Positions 1 through 5,776 of a stretch of DNA of 5,893 bases are shown piece by piece. Within the stretch, counting starts at the first letter, position 1, and each line of letters opens with the position of its first letter. Source of the DNA: a virus (taxonomy: Duplodnaviria > Heunggongvirae > Uroviricota > Caudoviricetes); IMG/VR virus record IMGVR_UViG_2534682175_000012. The stretch is one strand, 5' to 3'. A model generated the notes under the pieces. The model ran no database searches. It saw nothing but the letters and a program-made list of their open reading frames with translations, and was not told the origin of the DNA. The translations under genes and the position numbers were made by a program.

Positions 1-1119
1 TCAAATAACCAACTTAACCCATTCCTGACCTCGAGTATCGTTATAGCGATCGGTGGTTGCCTGGACTTTATGCCCTAGTAATGTTTTTGTATCGATACCC
101 TGTGCACGGTACAGCCGTTCTGATAGAGAGCGTTGTTCATGAAATGTTGGCGGAGTTTTTCCTGCTGGTGGAATTATCCCAGCCAGATCCCGTGCTTTGG
201 CAAAGTAGTCGCTCAGGTTGTCTTTACTCATCGGCTTCGGTTGTTTCTGGTGCCGACTATGGATTAGATATGGACTTAATATTCTGTCTCGGCACCCATC
301 AATAACTTCTTTTAACGTTATCCCAATGGCATCACAGCGTAGTGTAAGCGGTAACGCCAGACGCATTCCGGTTTTTCCCTGGGTGATATGCAAGTGTTCG
401 TTCCACACATCTGAAAAACGCATGTGGCAAATGTCATCACGGCGCTGACCAGTAACAATCGCAAGAAGCATTGCGTTACGGATAAAGTGTTTTTCAGGCG
501 TTGCATTGTAAATTTTTTGCCAGTCTTCCATGGTGAGCCTGGCTCTGGTTACTTTAGGGATCGGTTTACGGGTAGCCTCCGGAGGATTCCATCCAGGAGG
601 AACTTCCCCTGCATGCTGTGCTTCTTTATAAATATCAACCCATAATCCACGATTTACTCTCGCTGTGCTGACCATGTCTTTATCCAGCCACTCATCCAGT
701 ATTAATGCAAAGTCTCTTACTTCCAGTTCTTTCAATGGGTGGTTTCCCAGACGGGAAACCAGGTATGCAGCCATTCGAGTTTTTTCTTTGTGAGTTGTAG
801 CTGCAATATCTCCATTTTTCAGTCGCGCGTCCTGTATTTTCAGATATCGATCAACCCATGCCTTTAATCTGATGCCCCGACGTTTTGTTGCTGACGGACT
901 TTCATCAATTTTGCGCATGAAATATTCAGCTTCTGCTGCAGCTATTCGCTGATTGGCTGTGGAAGCGATTTTTTCTGCTTTGCCTTTGTCTGTTCCGAGA
1001 CCGTGAAATTTTCCAGTCACAGGGTTTTTATACTGGTAGTAAACCCTGCCAGTTCTGCGATCAAACTTTTCGTAAAGACCGGTTACGTCAGTGCTGTTTT
1101 TTCGTGGCCTCGGTGACAT
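1..1119 (-). CDS. int: Tyrosine-type site-specific integrase, lambda Int family (prophage integrase)
   Basis: Complete 372-aa ORF: ATG at 1119-1117 with AAGGAG about 10 nt upstream, stop (rc TGA) at 3-1. By eye the translation is collinear with lambda Int: N-terminal arm-binding-like region (YYQYKNPVTGKFHGLG), then catalytic residues in order: TGQRRDD (Arg), QGKTG (Lys), FHEQRSLSERLY (His-x-x-Arg), LLGHK...DRYNDTRGQEW (His and Tyr nucleophile). Family assignment rests on recalled lambda Int sequence, not a search. Confidence 0.93.
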   Translation of the reverse strand: MSPRPRKNSTDVTGLYEKFDRRTGRVYYQYKNPVTGKFHGLGTDKGKAEKIASTANQRIAAAEAEYFMRKIDESPSATKRRGIRLKAWVDRYLKIQDARLKNGDIAATTHKEKTRMAAYLVSRLGNHPLKELEVRDFALILDEWLDKDMVSTARVNRGLWVDIYKEAQHAGEVPPGWNPPEATRKPIPKVTRARLTMEDWQKIYNATPEKHFIRNAMLLAIVTGQRRDDICHMRFSDVWNEHLHITQGKTGMRLALPLTLRCDAIGITLKEVIDGCRDRILSPYLIHSRHQKQPKPMSKDNLSDYFAKARDLAGIIPPAGKTPPTFHEQRSLSERLYRAQGIDTKTLLGHKVQATTDRYNDTRGQEWVKLVI

Positions 1120-1357
1120 GAGTTAAAATCTCCTTCAGTGCATCATCATCGCCAGTATGAATTTCCGGCGCAATTCCCGTTTCACCAGGTCCAACAAATA
1201 CTGCCCGGCGATCTATCAGCCAACGCCCACGAATTTTTTGTGGTCTTGGAACGATGTATCCTAGTTTTCCGTATTTCACCAGGGTAGTGTTTGTTATTGG
1301 GAGACTGAACCGTTTTGGTTTCCACTCGTCGAGCGTTATCAGGTACTGTTCGCTCAT
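1088..1357 (-). CDS. xis: Excisionase (Xis-like recombination directionality factor)
   Basis: ORF immediately upstream of int, overlapping it by 32 nt as in lambda xis-int. ATG at 1357-1355 is preceded by GGAG; the ORF-track start at 1366 is a GTG three codons upstream. N-terminus MSEQYLITLDEW...IVPRPQKIRGRWLIDRRAV resembles lambda Xis (MYLTLQEW...). The exact start is uncertain. Confidence 0.75.
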   Translation of the reverse strand: MSEQYLITLDEWKPKRFSLPITNTTLVKYGKLGYIVPRPQKIRGRWLIDRRAVFVGPGETGIAPEIHTGDDDALKEILTHVTEATKKQH

Positions 1358-1418
1358 GGCTATCACTCCGGAACGCGCCAGTTGCAGAATACCAACGACA
1401 ACTGGCGACGGTTGAACA

Positions 1419-3890
1419 TTAAAAATCAGCCTGACTCGGGATCAGTTTTTGCCAGATAGCTGAAACGTATTTTGCCTGGTAACGAGCGTCATCAAGTGCA
1501 TTATGGCGCTCACCTTCGAATGGGATAGCAGTTCTGGCATCGAAGTCTATGGCTTTCCCCAGCTCAACGATTGTGCGTACATCGCGATCGTTGTAGTAAC
1601 GCCACGGGCAGGGGATCCCCTGCCGCTCGTATGAACGGCGCAAAATAGTGTTGTCGAAGTTGGCTCCATTTCCCCAGACCTGAACAAAAAATTCACCGGA
1701 GTTTTCGTCGATAAATTCCCGCAATTGTAACAGTGCATCATCTAACGGGATTTCATCGGTCATAATGGCAGATTGCGCTTCGCGTGATTGTTTAAGCCAC
1801 CATTTAATGGTGTCCCGATCAATGACTCCGCCAGCAGTTTCCAGATCGATAGTCTTACTAAATTCCGGTCCCATATCTCCGGTTTGCGGATCGAAAAATA
1901 TTGCACCTATTGAGATGATCGGGGCATCAGGATTTTTTCCCATGGTTTCAAGGTCGATCATTAGATGGTCACACGTCCTGCTGGTGGATGTGATTTCGTG
2001 ATGACCGTTCACCTTAATTGGGTGATCTGCCGTCTCGCCAGTTTCATTATCGCTATTGTGATGCTGATTGCCGCCAGTGTTCTCCTTGTGTGGATGTTCA
2101 GCGCCTTCCATTTCCTCCGGATCATCTTCCTGAACTTCAACCTGATACTCTTCATCGAATGTTTCTTGGTATGTTGCGTCGCCCATCACCGCGCCACAAT
2201 CAGGGCAGTTGCCGCCGCCGGTCTGACCGCAAGCGGTGCAGGCTTTTTCCGGTTCCTGTTGCACTACTGGTTCAGGTTGTTTCGTTTCTGGCTCGTTTTG
2301 TTGCGTATTTTGGCTGTTTTGTTCCGCTTTCTGGTCGTTCTGTTCCGTTTCTTGCTGGTTCTGGTTCGCAGAATCGCGGGTCTGGATCCCCTTAACCCAT
2401 TTCGGATCATTCGGGTCGCTAATCCCTTCAACAAATTCACCACGTGATACTGCAAGCAGTTCATCGGCGTCAGGCTGGCTGATATTGGCTGCCTGCATAA
2501 TTTTGTTTACTTCGTCAGCGGTAACTTTTACCGGTTCTGGCTGTGCGGTCGTGTCAGATGCACCAGTATTTTGTTGTGAACCTGAGTATGTACTGTTTTT
2601 GCGGGCGAAATATTCTTCTTTCGTGATTTCAGTAGCCCCGGCAGCCAGCGCCTTATCCAGACCAGAAAGTTTGTTTGCGCGACCGTATTTTTCTCCGTCC
2701 TTATCGGCGAAGAGGAAATAGAACGGCCCCTCACGCTCTACAGATGGTTCAGCTTCCGGCGCGGTTTCATTTTTTGGGATATCAGATACCTCAGTTTCCA
2801 CTGCATCAGTTTGTGTTTCTGATGACTGGAGAACATCAACAGTGCTCTGATTTGTTCCTTCATCTTCAAACACGCCCTTTGTAGTCAGGTATTCAGTAAT
2901 GTATTTGTTCAGTGCCACAGGATCTTTGTGAATGTCGATCGGACGCTCACGGACAAGGCCAAAAATAGTTTGGCGGTCGTAGCGAAGGGCATCAGGCTGT
3001 TTGCGCATTGATGCCGAGATACGCTTCCAGTCTTCGCGGTCGTTGTCGATAACTTCATTTTTTGCCCAGCGATGGATGCTGCCGTCAATGTTTCCGGCAT
3101 CCACATCACCAGGCCAGAGAGCGTAGGCCAGTTCGTCATCCAGTGTTTTCCATGTCTGCTTGTATTCGCGATGAATGACTGCAGTGACAGGGGAGATATT
3201 TTCTGCTGAGTTTTCAGTGTGCTGTCGGTTGACTCTGGCGCGGGCGAGATCAACAGCAGACGTGTATTTTCCGGTTTCCTTGCGTTCACCTTCGCGACGT
3301 TTTTTCCAGATGCGCATCTCTGCCTGAATTTCGGGCCATTTAGCTCCAGGCTTACATTTATGCTTAACCCACCCGATGGCATGCAACTTAAGTTCTGGAT
3401 ACATGGCGTTAACTTCTGGCATTTTCATCAACGCTTCAACGATATGTCCGTCGAATGTTGCCATGTCTTCCTGCAACAATTCCTGCGCGCTAATCACCAT
3501 ATCAACGGTGATGTTTTCACATGTGTCGAACTTAACCATGACAGCGTTCTGTACTTCAGGGGCCAGCTTGTCAAAAGTGACGTTCATCGGATCTGATTCA
3601 GTCTCAACCGGGACAAAGGAAGCAGACTCCTCATCCCAGCGGTTTTCCTGCATATATTCAGCATCCCAGGAATCGAGGGCAGGGCGGGGTATACCGGGTT
3701 TATCCTCGCAAACAAGAAATTTATAAGCGCAGTCCTGAGCAGCCGGATAATGCTCCAGGAATTGCCAGTGAAATTTTGCGCGGGCGCGACGTTCATCACC
3801 GGCTTCAATGGCAGTGGCTACAGCGACTGCACCTTCTTCCTTTATTGCCTGTTCGTCCGGAATGGCGGCGCAAATAAAGACTTTACTCAT
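1419..3890 (-). CDS. Large multidomain prophage protein: N-terminal domain of unknown function, Q/N/E-rich linker, Cys4 zinc ribbon, C-terminal DEDDh (DnaQ/SbcB-like) 3'-5' exonuclease domain
   Basis: Uninterrupted 823-codon ORF, ATG at 3890-3888 with GAGG about 10 nt upstream. C-terminal motifs seen in the translation: Exo I MIDLET (D646, E648; nt about 1947-1955), Exo II GNGANFD (D746; nt 1653-1655), Exo III RHNALDDARY (H796, D801; nt 1488-1505). Cys4 cluster CTACGQTGGGNCPDCG (res 551-566; nt 2193-2240). Low-complexity NQNQQETEQNDQKAEQNSQNTQQNEPETKQPEP (res 507-548). His-rich stretch at res 598-631. Sits directly upstream of xis, where lambdoid phages keep recombination/exonuclease genes. 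A relationship to RecE-like 'exodeoxyribonuclease VIII' proteins is suspected from memory only. Confidence 0.85.
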   Translation of the reverse strand: MSKVFICAAIPDEQAIKEEGAVAVATAIEAGDERRARAKFHWQFLEHYPAAQDCAYKFLVCEDKPGIPRPALDSWDAEYMQENRWDEESASFVPVETESDPMNVTFDKLAPEVQNAVMVKFDTCENITVDMVISAQELLQEDMATFDGHIVEALMKMPEVNAMYPELKLHAIGWVKHKCKPGAKWPEIQAEMRIWKKRREGERKETGKYTSAVDLARARVNRQHTENSAENISPVTAVIHREYKQTWKTLDDELAYALWPGDVDAGNIDGSIHRWAKNEVIDNDREDWKRISASMRKQPDALRYDRQTIFGLVRERPIDIHKDPVALNKYITEYLTTKGVFEDEGTNQSTVDVLQSSETQTDAVETEVSDIPKNETAPEAEPSVEREGPFYFLFADKDGEKYGRANKLSGLDKALAAGATEITKEEYFARKNSTYSGSQQNTGASDTTAQPEPVKVTADEVNKIMQAANISQPDADELLAVSRGEFVEGISDPNDPKWVKGIQTRDSANQNQQETEQNDQKAEQNSQNTQQNEPETKQPEPVVQQEPEKACTACGQTGGGNCPDCGAVMGDATYQETFDEEYQVEVQEDDPEEMEGAEHPHKENTGGNQHHNSDNETGETADHPIKVNGHHEITSTSRTCDHLMIDLETMGKNPDAPIISIGAIFFDPQTGDMGPEFSKTIDLETAGGVIDRDTIKWWLKQSREAQSAIMTDEIPLDDALLQLREFIDENSGEFFVQVWGNGANFDNTILRRSYERQGIPCPWRYYNDRDVRTIVELGKAIDFDARTAIPFEGERHNALDDARYQAKYVSAIWQKLIPSQADF
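2247..2372 (-). repeat. Degenerate short tandem repeats encoding the Q/N/E-rich low-complexity linker of the 823-aa protein
   Basis: The plus strand at 2270-2370 is built from reiterated GTTTTGTT / TTCTGG / GTTCCG blocks (for example ctgttttgttccgctttctgg, then cgttctgttccgtttcttgctgg). Translation is NQNQQETEQNDQKAEQNSQNTQQNEPETKQPEP. Confidence 0.5.
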
Positions 3891-3982
3891 TTTGTTTTAC
3901 CTCATTACAGATTTAAGGGTGAACAAATCCCTGCCATTGCTGGCATATAAGAATGAAAGCGGATGTTTATTACGGAACTGTT

Positions 3983-4174
3983 TTAAAGACCTGCCGGGAT
4001 TTCGTTATTATCCTGGTGAATAACTTTATCGACCGGGTAACAGTTACCGGGAATTTTCTGTTCGGTTGCTGCAGTCATACATTCCTGCATTGTCCTGTGA
4101 ACACTGACTGCAATATCAACTGGCTCTCCGGAAACAAGATAAACTGTCAGAACAAGCGCAAATGCTGAATTCAT
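3983..4174 (-). CDS. Small hypothetical protein (63 aa) with N-terminal signal-peptide/TM-like hydrophobic segment
   Basis: ATG at 4174-4172 overlaps the stop of the upstream ORF in an ATGA arrangement; AAGGA 9 nt upstream. N-terminus MNSAFALVLTVYLVSG is hydrophobic; the rest is polar with two Cys. The ORF-track frame extends to 4228, and an alternative ATG lies at 4183. AT-rich with no recognisable family. Confidence 0.5.
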   Translation of the reverse strand: MNSAFALVLTVYLVSGEPVDIAVSVHRTMQECMTAATEQKIPGNCYPVDKVIHQDNNEIPAGL

Positions 4175-4359
4175 TGTGCACATCCTTTTGGCATCAGACG
4201 TAAACGAGCCAGCATTGAAACAATGCATATTTTATTTAATAGCTCCCGTTCTTGTTTTCTCTTGTTAATGGCATCTTCAGTAAATACTGGGTTACTGATA
4301 GTGACACCAATTTCAAAACAACCTTCAGACGTATTAACGTTTGGTAATAACGTTTTCAT
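4171..4359 (-). CDS. Small hypothetical protein (62 aa)
   Basis: Internal ATG at 4359-4357 of the 97-aa ORF-track frame is preceded by a strong GAGGA about 7 nt upstream. Its stop overlaps the start of the downstream gene (ATGA). Translation MKTLLPNVNTSEGCFEIGVTISNPVFTEDAINKRKQERELLNKICIVSMLARLRLMPKGCAQ. No family recognised. Confidence 0.55.
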   Translation of the reverse strand: MKTLLPNVNTSEGCFEIGVTISNPVFTEDAINKRKQERELLNKICIVSMLARLRLMPKGCAQ

Positions 4360-4376
4360 TATCGCGTCCTCAACAA

Positions 4377-4524
4377 TGAATTTTGTGATGCGGTGCCTGG
4401 TGCCTCCAGGTGACGTTAACCAGTTAACAATTAACGCCGGATACAGAGAACCCACCCATAACACTGTTTTTGGTTTTAACTGTTCCGCGTGCGCTCAGCC
4501 GCATTCACCACATCACAAAATTCA
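4377..4524. promoter_or_regulatory. Repeat-rich intergenic control region bounded by a perfect 14-bp inverted repeat (candidate operator or divergent promoter region)
   Basis: TGAATTTTGTGATG at 4377-4390 and its exact reverse complement CATCACAAAATTCA at 4511-4524. Inside: tandem GGTGCCT x2 (4392-4405), inverted CCTGG/CCAGG (4396-4410), and GTTAACCA-GTTAACAA-TTAAC (4415-4435). The left arm lies 18-31 nt upstream of the 62-aa gene start. Confidence 0.35.
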
Positions 4525-4599
4525 CTTTAAAAAGGGCGGCAGAGCAGTCACGGAGTAAAACTGATACCGCCAAACGTCACCAGAAAATTGATAACAGAG

Positions 4600-4900
4600 G
4601 GCGTTGCAGCGGGGTTGTCACTTAAGCGTATGGTCAACCTGACAACCCGGTGTCCTCAACGGGGAAGGAATAACCCCGCCATACTTACCGCCGCGCCATT
4701 TCGCGGATTGCCACAACCGGAAGCGCACGGTCGACGAAAATTTAACGACAGGCTATCTATGAACCAGCAACCTCGCCGTGCGCTTTCGCGTTATGCTCTG
4801 ACTTTTCAGAGAAATATCCTTTCAGTAAACTGTCAGTACCGGATGCTCACCCGTGTCCGGCGCACGCACTCCACCTCACCCGTGGAGAACTCCTTAAGTA
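4600..4900 (+). ncRNA. GC-rich structured island: candidate structured 5' leader or ncRNA upstream of the 73-aa ORF
   Basis: About 51-58% GC per 100 bp versus about 38% in the flanking small genes. Hairpins identified by hand: 4612-4620/4640-4648 (9 bp), 4660-4664/4674-4678, 4691-4695/4702-4706, 4717-4730/4776-4789 (about 13 bp with one G-U, 45-nt loop), 4839-4843/4856-4860 and 4869-4874/4882-4887. No minus-strand ORF spans the region. Strand is tentative. Confidence 0.3.
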
Positions 4901-4920
4901 CCAACCCTCAGGATGGTGAA

Positions 4921-5142
4921 ATGACTAGTAAAAATGTAAATATCCAGTTTAACCACGATGTTTCTCCTGCCGGACTTGCGGATGAACTCACTGCTATAAA
5001 AACAGCAATTATGCTACTTGTTGCTAAGTTGCCAGCAGCATCACAACCATCAGATATTTGTGACTCATTACGTAAGATGAATTCAACAAAATGCAACGAG
5101 ATGGCATCACTTATTGAAATAGCTATTGATTTTAATGATTAA
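4921..5142 (+). CDS. Small hypothetical protein (73 aa), encoded opposite to the surrounding operon
   Basis: ATG at 4921 with AGGA 7 nt upstream (4910-4913), TAA at 5140-5142. AT-rich with rare codons (ATA, CTA, AGT), typical of acquired cargo. Translation MTSKNVNIQFNHDVSPAGLADELTAIKTAIMLLVAKLPAASQPSDICDSLRKMNSTKCNEMASLIEIAIDFND. The same frame is open upstream to 4588, but that part is R-rich and uses rare Arg codons, so it is treated as leader. Confidence 0.5.
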   Translation: MTSKNVNIQFNHDVSPAGLADELTAIKTAIMLLVAKLPAASQPSDICDSLRKMNSTKCNEMASLIEIAIDFND

Positions 5143-5506
5143 TCGAAATCTCATGGCTAACTGTAACACTCCCGTCTGTGGCGGGGTGCTTTAAATCACA
5201 GGAGTTAACGCTTTTTGTTGCAAAGTAATTTTCAAGGGGGTCTATTCGAATCCCTTTCTTTTTCATTAACAAGCCAAACCCCTTATCAATGATGTCCATT
5301 AGATCCAGGAAGTATTTTTTATGTAAATCCTGGTTATCAGAGAGCTGCTTCTCTTCGTACAGACCGATAAAGGCACGACGCACGTTACCGGATATAGTAT
5401 AGATGGTTTCTTTTTCTACGGTACTCAGGTCAAGAGTCGCCAGTTGGGAACGAACTATATTCGCTGCCATTTCCTGGAATTGCATTGGTAAATCTTTAAA
5501 TTCCAT
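5132..5506 (-). CDS. Hypothetical protein (124 aa)
   Basis: ATG at 5506-5504 with GAGG about 7 nt upstream; lies 22 nt downstream of the 72-aa gene, implying an operon. Its 3' end overlaps the 3' end of the plus-strand 73-aa gene by 11 nt (convergent). No family recognised. Confidence 0.6.
   Translation of the reverse strand: MEFKDLPMQFQEMAANIVRSQLATLDLSTVEKETIYTISGNVRRAFIGLYEEKQLSDNQDLHKKYFLDLMDIIDKGFGLLMKKKGIRIDPLENYFATKSVNSCDLKHPATDGSVTVSHEISINH
5167..5196 (+). terminator. Weak candidate intrinsic terminator for the plus-strand 73-aa gene
   Basis: CCCG(5171-5174)-tctgtgg-CGGG(5182-5185) hairpin followed by tgCTTTaaaT, about 30 nt after the TAA. The stem is short and the T-tract poor, and it sits inside the 3' coding region of the convergent 124-aa ORF. 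Confidence 0.2.
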
Positions 5507-5528
5507 TATTAGCCTCGTTGGTTAGCTA

Positions 5529-5747
5529 TTAACGTGGGTATGTAATCATTCTGGCAATGCTTAATGCCGCTGCTTTTTCCAGCCTGGTGATATCCTGCTC
5601 CAGAGCGGACAGATTTTCAGCCTGCTTAGCCCTGGCTTCATTGGCCCATTTCAGATCCTGCGCTGCATTAATTTTCTGGCGCATCCACTCATAAAGTTCA
5701 TCATCGGTATAGTCTTGTGCGATGATGACGGGTTCTCGTTTCTGCAT
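5529..5747 (-). CDS. Hypothetical small protein (72 aa), predicted helical/coiled-coil
   Basis: ATG at 5747-5745 with GAGGA 6 nt upstream. Charged, heptad-like sequence (ANEARAKQAENLSALEQDITRLEKAAAL). No family recognised. Confidence 0.6.
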   Translation of the reverse strand: MQKREPVIIAQDYTDDELYEWMRQKINAAQDLKWANEARAKQAENLSALEQDITRLEKAAALSIARMITYPR

Positions 5748-5776
5748 ACTGATTCCTCGCGGTGCTGTTTCGCTTA

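Noticed and set aside
57-645. Plus-strand ORFs (82, 76, 73 aa) and a minus-strand 62-aa ORF (318-506) inside the integrase gene
   Set aside because: They overlap the integrase reading frame, which has full-length family-level similarity; no RBS or protein-like features.
1547-1741. Minus-strand 64-aa ORF in an alternative frame
   Set aside because: It is embedded in the exonuclease-domain coding region in a different frame, and the domain motifs confirm the main frame.
2264-2464. Minus-strand 66-aa ORF (basic, K/R/N-rich)
   Set aside because: It is an alternative frame of the repeat-encoded linker region of the 823-aa gene and an artefact of the tandem repeats.
1965-2721. Plus-strand ORFs (160, 125, 161 aa) inside the large minus-strand gene
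   Set aside because: They are antisense to a long, well-supported ORF with clear domain motifs. Their Cys/Phe/Leu/Trp-rich low-complexity translations are what the reverse complement of an acidic, Q/N-rich coding region produces.
4825-4865. REP-like (repetitive extragenic palindrome) element, from the CCGGATGC...CCGGCG string
   Set aside because: Only a loose resemblance to the E. coli REP consensus as I recall it; the context is prophage cargo and the segment is better explained as one of several local hairpins.
4600-4900. Retron msr-msd or CRISPR array
   Set aside because: No reverse-transcriptase ORF anywhere in the window, and no regularly spaced identical repeats with unique spacers. 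The only direct repeat is a single 10-nt duplication.
4588-4920. Long open plus-strand frame (184-aa ORF in the track) as an N-terminally extended protein
   Set aside because: The upstream part is Arg-rich with rare CGG/CGA/AGG/AGA codons, GC-rich and hairpin-dense, and begins with TTG. A strong SD sits exactly before the ATG at 4921. The open frame is more plausibly a by-product of GC-rich structured sequence, though it is not fully excluded.
4908-5096. Minus-strand 62-aa ORF antisense to the 73-aa gene
   Set aside because: No convincing RBS and a hydrophobic, low-complexity translation. The plus-strand ORF has the better start context, though neither is experimentally supported.
5236-5254. 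tRNA T-loop-like string GGGGGTCTATTCGAATCCC
   Set aside because: The flanking bases do not form a 5-bp T-stem around a 7-nt loop, there is no acceptor or anticodon arm, and the segment lies in frame inside the 124-aa coding region (encodes KKGIRIDP). Judged a chance resemblance.
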